This document shows, piece by piece, positions 39,253-53,292 of a DNA stretch of 64,000 bases. The notes below the pieces were generated by a model. That model saw only the letters and a list, made by a program, of their open reading frames with translations, had not been told where the DNA came from and did no database searches. Every line of letters starts with the position of its first letter. Position 1 is the stretch's first letter. The translations under genes were made by a program, and so were the position numbers. Source of the stretch: Chrysomallon squamiferum (lineage: Eukaryota; Animalia; Mollusca); the NCBI GenBank assembly GCA_012295275.1, contig CM022678.1:19964001-20028000 (forward strand). Direction: 5' to 3'.

Positions 39253-39811
39253 TTAAAAACACACACACATTAAAAACATAACCTACATGAATATAGTTTC
39301 ATCCACTTGTTTTCATATTCATTTTTAAATTTATCCTCATTCTTTATTCATCCATCATTTCATTTATTTCTTCATTCATCCATCGTTTCATTTATTTCTT
39401 CATTCATCCATCCTTCTGAAACTGACATGTTTAATAATTGTGTAACTATGAGTGATGGTTGGAACTGGATATTAGATGAAGTAGACTGATAGCACTTACT
39501 CTAGTTAATGAACTGTGTAAATGATGTGAATTTGATGTCCTGCGTTACAACACTAATGTAAATATATATGTAAAATATGTGTGTAATATATCTTTGTTAC
39601 CTAACAGTCAGTGAAAGTGTCTGTTATTTCAACAGTTACTTCGTCACAGTGAAATAATTTAGTTTATTTCACAGTGGGCTGTATGTCTTTCATTGCTCAT
39701 GTCACTTTCCTTTTCTTCATTACATTTTTTCCTCTCATTTTAACTTTTTTTCTCTTTCTTACTCGTTTTTCTTTATTCCATTACTTTTCTTCTTTTTCTT
39801 TAATAATTTCC

Positions 39812-39853
<42 letters not shown>

Positions 39854-40548
39854 CACTGACAATTAGAATTCACTTTGGTAAATTAAATATATTGGCATTG
39901 TTCTGAGATGAAAAGATAGAAGGTTACTAAGGATTATGGCCAGTCTACATAGATACAGTATATCAGTATATTCTGTATACATCAAAAAAAATATCTGAAA
40001 TTTCTATTACATTTGTATCTGGACATAATATATTTATAATTACACTTTCATACAGTATATAATATATTTATTTTACACTTAAATCAGGTGAATAATATAT
40101 TTATATTGCACTTACATGTGGTATACACTATATTTATATTGCACTTACATGTGGTGTATAATATAATATATATTACATGTACATCTGGTATACATTTATA
40201 TCTGGTAAGATTTGTAAAATATGTAATATTTTTGTATCACACCTACATAACATTATGCAGGTTGGTTTGGTAAACATGACAGAAATCTTGTGTTACCTGT
40301 ACTCCAGGTAATTCTGTGTACACAAAACAGCTGTACCTTGTCATACCTGTCTCTTGTTTCCGTCACTCTGTTTATCTGCATGCACATGTGTATCTCCTTC
40401 GAGATCTGTATCTCTGTCTCCTTTCTTCTGTGTGTCTTCTTTCTGAAATCTTCTGAAATGAGAATTTTACTTTTTTTTTTTTTTTTTTTTCTGAATCTTG
40501 TTTTATCTCTTATTTTTCTGAGGGTCTGCTTTTATCATGTTCTTTCCT

Positions 40549-40589
<41 letters not shown>

Positions 40590-41016
40590 TGCTTTGTTTC
40601 TCATTCTGTTTTTTCCTTACTATGCTCTTTTTGTAATTTGATTTTTTTTTTTTAATGAGTGTTTTCCTCTGTCTCTTTCTGTCTTTCTGTCTTCTCTCTA
40701 TCTCTGTTACTTTCTGGCTATCTGTCTCTTTGTCTCTCTCTCTGACACTCTGGCCTGGTGTTTGTTTCTGTGTTTTTTCGCTCTAGTTCTCTCACCTTCC
40801 TTCCATCCCTCATAATCATTGTCTCTCCTCTCTCTCTCTCTCCCTTTTTTTCCTCATAAGTTGTCTCATTTATAATTTTGCTTTCTTTCTCACTCTTTCT
40901 ATTTTCTTTGCCCTCCCCCCTCTCCAACACTTTTCCTTTTCCTCATCTTTTTGCACAGTTCTGTGTTATCTCAGAATGCAGGTCACATGCACTATTAAAG
41001 TTAATGTATGTATCTA

Positions 41017-41054
<38 letters not shown>

Positions 41055-41317
41055 AAACCCAGACAAGAACTTCATATATATATATTTTTTTCTCTCTCTC
41101 TCTCCTTATCTCTGTCTCTCTGTCTGTCTGTCTGTCTGTCCTGGGTTGCGTAACAAAGACAGGCTGGTGAACATCATGGCCAGATGAAACAGAGACATGC
41201 TCTGCAGTAGGTTATATCAACACGGCAAAGCTGGGCTAGCATCGCCCGCACCGCACCGCGCTAAATCTAACTCTGTCGTCTGCACTCGTTCAGTGAGGCT
41301 CTCCATTCCGCCAGCAG

Positions 41318-41333
41318 CACTGCCATCTGGTGA
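41318..41333 (-). promoter_or_regulatory. CTCF-like binding motif in an intronic CpG-rich island
   Basis: Minus strand TCACCAGATGGCAGTG matches the CTCF core consensus CCASYAGRKGGCRS at 13 of 14 positions. Confidence 0.55.
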
Positions 41334-42760
41334 CCTCCTCCATGACCTCCTCCAGGTACAGGTCCCGACATTGCGCGATGTTATCGCCCGTTTATTCTTT
41401 TCCGCTGCAGTTTTACGACTGAAACAGGTCTTGCAGTTAATTACCCAACACTGGTGCTTTGCTTTCTTTTATCTCTCTCTCTCTCTCTCTCTCTCTTTCT
41501 CCCTCCCTCCAACATACTTGACGTTGATGTACATCATCGCTCTTCTGTTCAACATAAAGCTTAGGTTCTCACTTTCCCCTTAAACACCACTGTTTTAGCA
41601 CTGTTAAAATAATGAGAGAGAGAGAGAGAGATATGATATACAACCATAAAGGATTATTATTGTTCATTTTTCTACATTTAATTAATGCTAATAAAAAAAT
41701 AAAAAAAGAAGGATGTTTGATGTTGTGTCTCCAAGGTTCTCAGTACAAACTCATAAACTTGGGATTCAGGGCATCTGGTGAGTGGATTTCTGTCCATGCA
41801 GTGGTTTGGACTTGTCAAACAAAAAGGTTATTGTCTTCTGGTGGTAGACTTTTCACTGATGACTAATTCTGAAATCTTCTTGAAAAGAATTAAAAAAAGA
41901 AGGCATATTAAAAAATAAAGAATGTAATTATCCATTGATTCATCTTTCTTAAGACCATTTTTTTTTTTTTTTTTTTTTTTTTAAGCTTCTCCTCAATTAT
42001 CTGTGCATTGCTTTCTAGCTCCATCCTTCCAGATAATATTTAATTAAAAATTAACAGTAAAAAAAAACAATTAAAAAAAGATGATGAAGTAAATTATAAA
42101 ACTAACTTAATTTAAACCAGCCATTTCTTTCTATAGTCAGCTTTCCATCCATCTGTTTTTCACCTTCTCTCATTCCATACTTCATACACCCATACTTTCA
42201 ACCACCCCTCTGCCCAATATCCATCATTCATCCCTCTGTCCATCCATCCTTCCACTGAACTATCCGTCCATTTATCAGTCTATCATCCTTTTATTCATTC
42301 ATCCATCTATCCATCCTTTTCTTCATCCATCCATCCATCCATCCATCCATCCATTGGTTTTAATTTAAAAAAAAAATGTCTAAAAAGGAAATTGCTCTAA
42401 CAGGTGGTACTGTTAAGAAACTTAATGACATAAACTTTAATCTGTGGCTACATTTAAAATAAAAAAAAAAGAAAAAACTCCACATAACTGAATAAGCCTT
42501 TATTTTGTTTTTATCACATTCTTAGAATTGCTGGCATATCTAACTGTCTCAGCTGGCTGAAACTTGGTCTTAAAGTGGTAAAATATGAGTTACAGAAGTT
42601 ATATACGACTTACACATGCTGAAAGGTTACGCAACCAACATACACAGCTGCCTGCATTAGTCCTCATTTTAAATATTTTCCTGGGTTATATATATATATA
42701 TATATATATATACATTACATAAATTTGCTGGGAACTGCTTTTTGTAAAAGACATAGATAT

Positions 42761-42974
42761 AAATTCTTTAATTATTTTACCACTAGCTGTTTTTCTATCT
42801 TTACCCTATTTAATAATCTATCTTATTGCCCCTAATTCTTTTCTCTCTCTCTGTTTCTTTGTTGTTGTTTTTGTTGTTCTCTTTCTCTTTTCTTTATCTA
42901 TTTGAAATATTTCTCTCTGTTTTTAGTCTCAATTTCTTTTTATCTTTTTTCTGCTTCTCTCTTTTTCTCTCTTT

Positions 42975-43010
<36 letters not shown>
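42761..43010 (+). repeat. ~240-bp element, copy A (inverted partner at ~48935-49192)
   Basis: Near-identical to the reverse complement of 48935-49192; both yield ORFs starting MPLILFSLSVSLL. Confidence 0.9.
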
Positions 43011-43012
<2 letters not shown>

Positions 43013-44047
43013 TCCACACACATTCTCACATACAATGAAACCCACCTGTAACACAAACACTTCAGTTTATACATATTAATGCAGATAAATGGACAGACAG
43101 ACAGACAGACAGACACAGAAATGCATGCAAACTGGATTTAAATAAACAAATACGTATATATATTACATATTATTCATCAACACACAAACTCACATATACA
43201 CTTATAAATTGCATCTTGTCACCTTGCTGAAACATATATTTAAATAAACTAAATATATATTCCACATAAAAAAATCTGCATTTTAACACATAGATCTATC
43301 ATTCAGTTAAATGACGTTCATTGTGTACAGTGATCGTAATGTTACAAACGTTGCCTACATTGTGACAGCGGCATTCATTTATTAGTGACAGAGCTTTACG
43401 ACTCTACCACGACAGCATCGCACAGATATTCATTTGTTGCTGATGAAACTTTACAAGACTGTGACACACAAAATCGCATACATATTCATTCATTCATTCA
43501 TTGTGGACCGAAGAAGCTTTATACGTATGCATGACGCACTGGTTTGCTCAATTTGTCATTCATTTGCGAGTGAATCACTGCAGTCTGTCTGTGTGTGTGA
43601 CAGTTTAAAAGTTTCCTGTCATTACTCCCAGCCTCTGTGATAACACAGAGTGTGTTTGTGTGTTGTTGGTAATCAGAGGGGATGAAAAGTCGGAAACTCT
43701 CCCACTGTGTTTTTTTTTATATACATCATTATACGTCAGTGAACACAATAAACAGAGCATGTCACTAGCTGGGTGGAAACAGGCGACGTCCATTCACATT
43801 TTATAGTTATTGTTATTGTTATTACTGGTGCTACTACTGCTATTATTATTATAATAATTATTTTTATTATTATTGTTATTGTTATTATTATTATTTTTTG
43901 TTATTATTACTACTACTAGTACTATTATTATAATTATTATTATTATTGTTATTGTTATTGTTACTGTTATTTTTATTATTTTTTGTTATTATTACTAGTA
44001 CTAGTACTACTACTGCTAATATTATTATAATTATTTTATTATTGTCA

Positions 44048-44097
<50 letters not shown>

Positions 44098-45304
44098 GTT
44101 TTTGTTGTTATTGTTATCATCATCATCATCATTATACTTATTCTTGTAAAAATTGATTCATTCATACCTATTGTAATGATGGTTCCTCCTTTTAAAAACA
44201 TTTTCTGATAGACTTGACAGATCCTGTGTGTACATCCAGCAAGTTGTGAACCCTGTTTTTTTAATTTTATTGTTTTAATTAATGAGATATTCCAGTCTTC
44301 TGAAATTTTGGATCCCTCTGAATAGACAAATACAATGGATCTAACCATTTACATAGTCTTCAAAATTCAGCTTCTTTTATCTTAAAGAATTATAAAAATG
44401 TATATATTACATTGAATGTCCCCTCCAATTTTCTGAAGTTATTGATCTGCTCTCAGATGCTTGTATTATTTATTATCTACTAATTCCACGAATCTTGTAT
44501 TTTCTTTATGTTAATTAAATATTAATTCATTCCATATTGCATAGACATGTGGGACACAACTTCAAATAAATTAAATATGAAATATTAAACATGCAGAAAT
44601 AAGAACGTTATTATGGAAAAGCCCTGGAGAAATGTTTTATTTTTTATTTTTCACCAGGTAAATTTTGGATTGGTCTGGAGAATCAGCTGTTTATTTTGAT
44701 TATGAAATTTTAAAATGATAAATTATGAGCTGAATGATGTTTTCTTGTTTTAAAAAAAAACAAAACATTTGTAATCAGTTTAGCTTATTTTCACATTATC
44801 ATGAACATGTGATATTTGTTTGTTTAGCCATTTTGATTATAGTTAGACAGTTGTGACAGGAAAACAACAAGAAGAAGAAGAAAGAAAAAAAGAAAGAAAA
44901 TAAAACCCCGACTAATACGTCTCTTGTGTCTGTCTGTCTGTCTACCAGCAGACAAAATTATTAGATTTCTCTTCTTTGAATTTTACTGTTTTATCAGTGT
45001 TTATGTTTCTTTAAATCCTTTGTTCTCCTTTTTTGTCTAGTGTAATCTATTTTCCCTTTCTAAAACGCTTTCTCCATTTTTATCTGACCAATGCATCACT
45101 GTCCCCATTATTTTAATTAGCATAACCATAAACAGGTTTACTTTATATATTTTATTTATGTTCACTTGTACCATCATTAATCACTGTGTACACAACCACC
45201 CACAGTTTTAGTGTTAACCCCTTTTAGAGCAACACACATTTCCCAGTGCCAGATACTTTTGGGAAAATTAGCTATTTTTACACCCACTGTATGGAAAACA
45301 AGTG

Positions 45305-45605
45305 TGTTATGTCATGATATCTCACCAACATCAGTATTGTAACATGTCAAGATATCTAAACAACAGCAGTATTGTAACATGTCAAGATATCTAACCAATG
45401 GAAGTATTATAACATGTCAAGATATCTAACCAATGGAAGTATTATAACATGTCAAGATATCTAACCAATGGAAGTATTGTAACATGTCAAGATATCTAAC
45501 CAACAGCAGTATTATAACATGACAGGATATCTCACCAACAGCAGTATTGTAACATGACAGGATATCTCACCAACAGCAATATTGTAACATGACATGATAT
45601 CTTGC
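45305..45605. repeat. 35-bp minisatellite (about 8 copies)
   Basis: attgtaacatgtcaagatatctaaccaacagcagt-like unit; starts at 45336, 45371, 45406 and onward. Confidence 0.93.
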
Positions 45606-46637
45606 TAACGGGGCTGAAAGGGTTACTGGTCAGCTGGGAGTGGAGTAGCTAGTTTTATGTAATCTGCGGCATGGTGACCACTTGAAGAGACAAGTTTGAT
45701 TGAGATTTATTTCACTGAGTTTATAGGAGATTTATGAGAATTTCTGAGTCAAGTTGTATAAACTTAATACTAGAATATAACCCAGTTATTTTAAAAGTAT
45801 GTTCAGAATGTTCTGAAGGTTTAGTGTAGGTTTTGATGAATATGAAACTATTTAATACATGTTTGTCTGTTTGTGAAACTCAGTAACTTTCTATGTATGT
45901 GTGTATGTGTCTCTGTGTATGCATGTTTGTGTCTGCTTGTCTGCATGTCCACATTTCTGTGTATCTGTCTTGTAATAGATAACAAAACTTGACTCCTTTT
46001 CCTCTTTTTTTTTTTTTTTTTTTTTTCCCCCTTTTACTTTGGCTTTTTTCTGTATCAGTATTATCTGTATTTTCTTTCAGGATTTGTATTACAAAACAAG
46101 ATCAGAAAACTGTCTTCCTCAGTTTACACATCTGACTTTTCTCCATTCCGACCAGTACTCAATGACAGATTTAATTACCCAGTCATCTTCAATTTACCCT
46201 TTTTGGCCTTTTCCAATTCTAACCAGTGCCCTGTCACAGATTTTTTTCAAAGATTGTGGGTATTGCCTTTCCTTTCCATTTTGTCTCTGACCACTGAAAC
46301 ACGCCAGTCAGTGATATGTGCATCTATCTTTCCTTTTTATCTCTTCTCCTATCTATCCTTCAGTCTCTCTCCATCTGTCCCACAAACATTTCCCCCACCC
46401 CACAGATAAGCATCTCTGTCAACATGTATGATGAATTGTTTGTGTGGCGGACAGAATGCTCTGGTTAATCACATTTGTCTGCGTTGAAAAGGAAAACGAT
46501 GAAACTGTTGTGCGTGCGTGTTCATGCGAGATCCAGCTCAACATGAAAAGCTGCTGTCAGGGAAAGGAATATTAATGATTTATGTTCCGAGATGAAAAAT
46601 GATTTTACATTTTCCTTATTTATCTTTTCCTTCTTCT

Positions 46638-46673
<36 letters not shown>

Positions 46674-47258
46674 TTACAATACTGCAATATTTCATATTAG
46701 TGGAGCTTTTTTGAAAATATAATTTTAATTTTTTTACTTGTTAATGCATGTTTTGTTTTTTTGTTTTTTTTATAGGAATGGCCATGTATGAGAACTAAAT
46801 TAGATAGTTCATGTGAAAATTAGTTATTGTCGCTCTCTGTTTCTCTGCATCACAGAATACACACACACACATACACACACAGAAACACAAAGAAATGGAG
46901 AGAGAGAGAGAGAGAGACACACACACACACACAAATACAGACAGAAACACAGAGAGAGAGAGAGACAGAGAGACAGAGAGAGAGAAAGAGAGAAGAATAG
47001 GTATTTCTTGTTTAAAGACATTAACCCACCAAGGAATAAAATACTTGACAACGAGCGATGTAAAAACAGCACTGTTAGCAGCAGGTGAAAATTGTGTTTT
47101 AAATATTTAATGAGAGTCGCTGGCACAAATCCATTTCCTTACTTGCAACCATTCAATTTTCTCCTCTTTCCTGACTCCCATTAGCCTCCTGGAAACAAGC
47201 AGTGTATTCACTCCCCTTTACTTCATTAAGTATGACACACTACACTTTACTTCATTAG

Positions 47259-47295
<37 letters not shown>

Positions 47296-47682
47296 AAGAT
47301 GAAAAATCAAAGAAGGTGATAATTAAAATGTCACCAGAGTTTCTAAACAGTGTATGATAATATTGCTTCATTTTAATTTTGGAAAGTAATGGGAGTTTTT
47401 GCAGTAGTTTTGAAATAGTCTATCAAAATATTACTTTTTGTTAGAAAGTTGATGATTAACATTTTTCAGGATCTTTTGAAAAAAAAAGTACTTGAAATAT
47501 TACTTCATGATAAAAGACGATTTATTTTTAACTTACTGAACACACACAAACATTTTTTTCTTGCTGAGTAAGCAGATAATTAAAATGGTGTTAGAGAGAT
47601 TTTCTTCCAGAATATTTATCACAGGTGCTTGCATGTAACAGAAACATGGGATTTTGTACTGGATTTGAAAACAGTTACAATA

Positions 47683-47769
<87 letters not shown>

Positions 47770-48927
47770 GATGAATATGTACATAAACATATGGATGGAT
47801 ATATAATTATTGAAGTTGCATGTGTGTGTGTGTGTATTTGTATACAAGTATACAAGTATACATTCAAATGTATGTTTATGTGTGTATGTCCATGTGGATG
47901 CATATATGTGTGTCTATGTGTATGTATGTGTGTACTGTTTGGTGTATGTATGTGTATTTTTTGATTTACTAGACAATTCTGTGGACATTTACACCTGTCA
48001 GGAGTTTGTGAAGTACACACCTGTGTTTACCTCCTTAATTACAGGTAACACAAAACATTTCTCTCACACCTGAACATAATACCTACATTTATTTGACAGT
48101 ATTCACTTACATCTTATTAACAGTCAGTTATTAGATGTCAAACAATAGATTTCATCAAAGGAAGAATTCACTGTCATCATTCCAAATTCTTGTCATATTA
48201 ATTAACAGCAAGGCTCTTTTACATAGATTGAGTATAGGGAGGAAAGCAAGCAGTATGATTGAGTATAGGGAGGAAAGCAAGCAGTATGATATTCAAAAAA
48301 TCAGTTGTGCAGCTCTGGCTGGAACAGGAAAAAAAACTATTTTCCTATTTGTAATCTGCTTGTATAATACAAAATCATTTTATATATATATATATTTGCA
48401 TTGTGTGTGAGTATATGAATGAACAAATTTAAAAAATATAATATTATTTGTAGTAGTAGCAGTAGTAGTAGTAATCCTAATTGTAGGAGCAGTACTACTA
48501 CTATACAGTAGAAGTAACAAGCAGCAGAAGTAGTAGAAGAAGGAATAACTGTAATAGTAGTAGTAGTAGTAGAATTAATAATAGTAGATGTAGCAGTACT
48601 ATTAAAACTGAAATAGTAAGGCACACAGTTTTGGTTACTTGGCTCAGTCTTTCATGGTTTGTGTTGAGGTGGAAGGTCAAGAGGAAATATTTGGCAGAAA
48701 TATTTCTGGAGCCCTCCAGAGGATTTTGAAGTGCTGCTTCTGTTTGCTTCCAGTGTTTGTCCACTTTTTAACACTGTGTGCATGCTGCTTTCAAAATTCA
48801 GTTAATAAATATAACCAACAAACAAGACTGTACATTCCTCAAGTCTAGCAACATAAACAAGCGTAACTCTCTCATATGTGACATTTTCCATTAGTTGTGT
48901 AATATTATGTGAGAGAGAATGTGATAG

Positions 48928-48934
<7 letters not shown>

Positions 48935-48995
<61 letters not shown>

Positions 48996-49192
48996 GGACA
49001 GAAAAAAAGCAGAAAAGATAAAAAGAAATTGAGACTAAAAACAGAGAGAAATATTTCAAATAGATAAAGAGAAAGAGAAAGAAAAACAACAAAGAAACAG
49101 AGAGAGAGAAAAGAATTAGGGGCAATAAGATAGATTATTAAATAGAGTGACAGGTAAAGATAGAAAAACAGTGTAAAATAATTAAAAAATTT
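48935..49192 (-). repeat. ~240-bp element, copy B (inverted)
   Basis: Reverse complement shares ctatttaataatctatcttattgcccctaattcttttctctctctctgtttctttgttgt and tttatctatttgaaatatttctctctgtttttagtctcaatttctttt with copy A. Confidence 0.9.
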
Positions 49193-49305
49193 AACACAGA
49201 AATAAGACTTTTTTTCTTTTTTTTCTTAAAGGGACAAATTAATATATAGTTTTAGATCAAACTGGTCTGTTTTGATGCATATTTGTGTAAAAATATCTAA
49301 ATAAA

Positions 49306-49341
49306 GTGTGTGTGTGTGTGTGTTTTTGTGTGTTTGTGAGT

Positions 49342-49402
<61 letters not shown>

Positions 49403-49421
49403 TGTGTGTGTGTCTGTGTGT

Positions 49422-49453
<32 letters not shown>

Positions 49454-49479
49454 CTGTGTGTGTGTGTGTTTGTCTGTGT

Positions 49480-49513
<34 letters not shown>

Positions 49514-49532
49514 CTGTGTGTGTGTGTGTGTG
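49306..49532. repeat. Long interrupted (TG)n microsatellite, representative (others at ~8497, 8690, 17507, 18707, 53247, 58390)
   Basis: Directly visible; source of the CV- and HT-rich spurious ORFs. Confidence 0.98.
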
Positions 49533-50622
49533 TTTTATTACTTTGTTCTCTGTGACCCGTATGTTTTCTAGCACTACATGTTTGTTTTTGTAGACTAACA
49601 AAATGTTTATTTTTATAGTGTGTAAACATATATTTATGTATGTGCACACAGGCAGAATGCTCTGTAAATACATGATAATTGGTTTAACAGTGTTTTTTTC
49701 TTACTACTGTGTAAATAACTAGATATATTTAGTTTTTTCAGTGTATGTGTATACAAGTAAAAACAGATACAGTATTTTAATGTTAAATACTGTTAATACT
49801 AGTTATTATTTTAACAGTGTTTTACAATGAGCTTGTTATACTATATAAGTAAATACATAGTTACTTATTACAAGCTGTATTTATACTTACAAGTCTAATA
49901 GTATATATTAACAAGATATATGTATTAATATTAAATTTGTAGTTATTTTAACAATGTTTTATATGGATTAGTATACTGATATAAGTAAATACAGAGTTAC
50001 ATTTTAAATACTGTTTTAATGTTAAATATATCATTTTAACAATGTTTTATACCTGTATATTGAGGTAAATAAAAATTAAGGTACAGTTCAGCAGTACTTT
50101 GATGCTACATAGTGTAAATATATAGTCTTTATTTTAACAGTGTGTTACATTGAACTTATATATAGCTGTAAGTGAATATGTAGTTTGACAGTAGTTTGAC
50201 AGTAGTTTGACAGTTGTTTAATGTTACACAGTGTAAATATTTATAGTTATTGCCTCAGCTCTATTTATAGTAACATTACTTTAAATATTGTTCCTGATAT
50301 AAGTAAGAATAACAGTTAAATGTCAAAATAAAATAAAATAATAAAAATAAAAATAAAAAATAGAGTTAAAAACATCTGGGCACTGCAGTTGGTTGTGATG
50401 TAGACTTGGGTTTGTTTTTAGTAGTGTCAGAAAAAAACAGTCATGTATATATAACTTCACTTGTGAAGGTTCCTAGATACGAAGAGGCAAAATAGTGGTG
50501 TTCATATGTTTATATAATTTTATTTTATTGTTAATTTCTTACTAATAATGGTAACTTACATAAACTTAGAGAATAAAGAAATATATTTTTAAAATTATTA
50601 TTACTATTATTATTATTATTAT

Positions 50623-50671
<49 letters not shown>

Positions 50672-51336
50672 TTTTTGTTTTTAGAGACTTTTATTTAATA
50701 CCCCTCTGTATGTTTTAACAGTATGTTATTATTATAATCAGTACAAGTTCACCTGGTTTGTTTTGTTTGAGGTGATGGCAGTAATCAGAATGTGTACAAC
50801 ACAGTGACAGTTTGATTATAATTTTCTTTCCACTTGTACCTATATTTTTTATTTATTTATTTTTTTACTTGTCACACAGTTTGGCAGTTTGCACCAACAC
50901 CCAAGCTTGTTAAAATACGTGTAAAAATAAAGTGATTAACAACCCATGCTCAGGTTTTTGGGTGTGGATCGTATTTACTAAGTTTTTTCCTGTTCCAACT
51001 TGTTGCTCATAATTGATGAGTAAAGATAACACATGGAAGGGGGAGTAGATTTTTTTTTCAGTTAATATTTTACAGGAAAAAAAAAAGCTGTTGGTTGTGT
51101 GATCTTTTGTGTTCTTTTATGGTGTTTTTTTTTTTTAATGTATGTGTATGTGTGTCTGTGTGAATGAATGAATGAATATGTGTATGGTACATATAGTAGT
51201 TACATTTATGATTTTATTTTTTATTTTCTTATCTCTGCTGATCTATGCAGAATTTTTTTTTTTTTTTTAAATTTTTGCTTTGCATAACAATAACATGCCA
51301 CATTACACAACAACTGATGCATGTCATTCATCAGAC

Positions 51337-51369
<33 letters not shown>

Positions 51370-52811
51370 TCACACACACATACATACATACACACATACA
51401 CACACACACAGAGATATATCTATAATCAGCAGATTTCTGAATTTTTATTTTTTCGGGTGGTGATAACCTCAGGGGCAGACAGTGTAACTGAACCCCGAGC
51501 AGTTTACAATTCACACAGAATGTCTTTGTGGCTGGTGCTGAGAATATTGGGAGCAGGCTGCTTACAGCGAAGCTAATTTTTACTCTTGTTGCAGCGACAA
51601 TAACTCCGATGTTACCCCCGACTGTTTGACATTGTCCCCAGCCAAAAGACTAAGATTCCAGTGGATAATCTCTCCCTGTTGTCGTACACTACTCAAAACT
51701 GATACCATTCCTCAAGTGTTTGCTTCCCACCCATTGATAAGTTGTTTTTTTTTTTTATCGGCTTTAAGACTCAATTATGTTTCGTCCGTCACTGAGGTGT
51801 TTTTTTTTTACATGTGACTGCGAGGTCGAATGAACGAGGATTTTTTTTTTTTTTAAATATTTTTTATTGATGCTGAATAGCTGACACTGTGGGGAGGGAG
51901 GTGCTGAAGGGGGTGGATTTGTGATTTGTCTGTCTGTGATAAGCTAATTTCTGAAATATATAAAATATAAATGTGCGTTTATATATAGACACATACACAT
52001 ATATACATACATACAAAACCTACATACTTATATACATACATATATACATACATATATAACATACCTATATACATAAATACAAAAATACATATATAAATAT
52101 ATGTAGATATTATATACATACATGCATACATACATGCATGCACATTCATTCATACATACATACATACATACACATTCATTCATACATACATACATACATA
52201 CATATACATGCAGTCTTACAGATATGTATAAATACACACATATACATATATGTGCATATGCATACACACATGAATATATATTAATTATGTACACGTATTT
52301 GTATGCACTAACAAAAGTGTACACACACATACACACACACATTCACACACACGTATATATGTATATATAAAGAAATATACCAAACACACACAAACATGCA
52401 CACATTACAACTGTCAATAACTTCACTTCTACATATGAGTTACAATCAAACTGACAACATGTTTTCTGTATCCCCACTCCCACACACAAAACATATTTGA
52501 ACAGCCCTTAAGCAGGCAGTTGTCTAGTCTCCAGTTTTATTGCCTGTCTGTAATCTGCAGTGATCATGTGATGTCTGGACAGTGGGCAGTTCATAGTGGT
52601 CACACAGAGATGAGAATGTTTACACAGAGATGTGTCAACACTTGGCTCAAGATTGCTCTTAGACATGGATGATAATTGGTACACTTAAGTCTACACAGCC
52701 TGAGGATTGAAAGACATTACTGTCACTTAGGCTGTTCTTTGTGATTAGTGGATGTGTTTTTATGTACTTTGATATAATTAAATAAACAGTATGACAAAGG
52801 GTTTGAGTATG

Positions 52812-52897
<86 letters not shown>

Positions 52898-53243
52898 AGA
52901 GAGAGAATGAAAGTGAAGAATAAAGTAAATAAAGAGAAAGATGTAAAAATGAAAATGAGAAAGTAGAGAGAAGAGAAGAATTGAGATAGCTGATGGAAGG
53001 AAAGAAGAAAGAATGAAGTGAAGAATAAAAACAAAAGATGTTAAAAATGAGAAAGTTAAAAAACAAGAAAAGAATTGAGATATCTGATGGAAGGAAAGAA
53101 GAAATAATGAAGAATTGAGAACCAGAAAGTGACAGAAATGATGAAGTGAATGAAAGAAAAACAAAAGTGAAAGTAATAAAATGAGAACAAGGGGGGAAAA
53201 AAGAAAACGAAAGTGAAAGTAAAATATGCTTTTATCATTTTCA

Positions 53244-53292
<49 letters not shown>

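Noticed and set aside
41197-41583. 128-aa ORF as a nested gene
   Set aside because: No recognisable domain, runs into a (CT)n tract, and its length is explained by local GC richness.
45305-45605. 35-bp periodic array resembling a CRISPR repeat length
   Set aside because: Units are contiguous with no unique spacers, there are no cas genes, and the context is a eukaryotic intron.
48226-48290. 31-bp perfect tandem duplication (gattgagtatagggaggaaagcaagcagtat)
   Set aside because: Simple local slippage duplication with no insert between copies, so not a TSD.
49257-49673. HT-, CV-, ER-, LS-, poly-I and poly-L-rich ORFs here and throughout the track
   Set aside because: They are translations of (CA)n, (AG)n and (ATT)n microsatellites, which lack stops in several frames; no coding signal.
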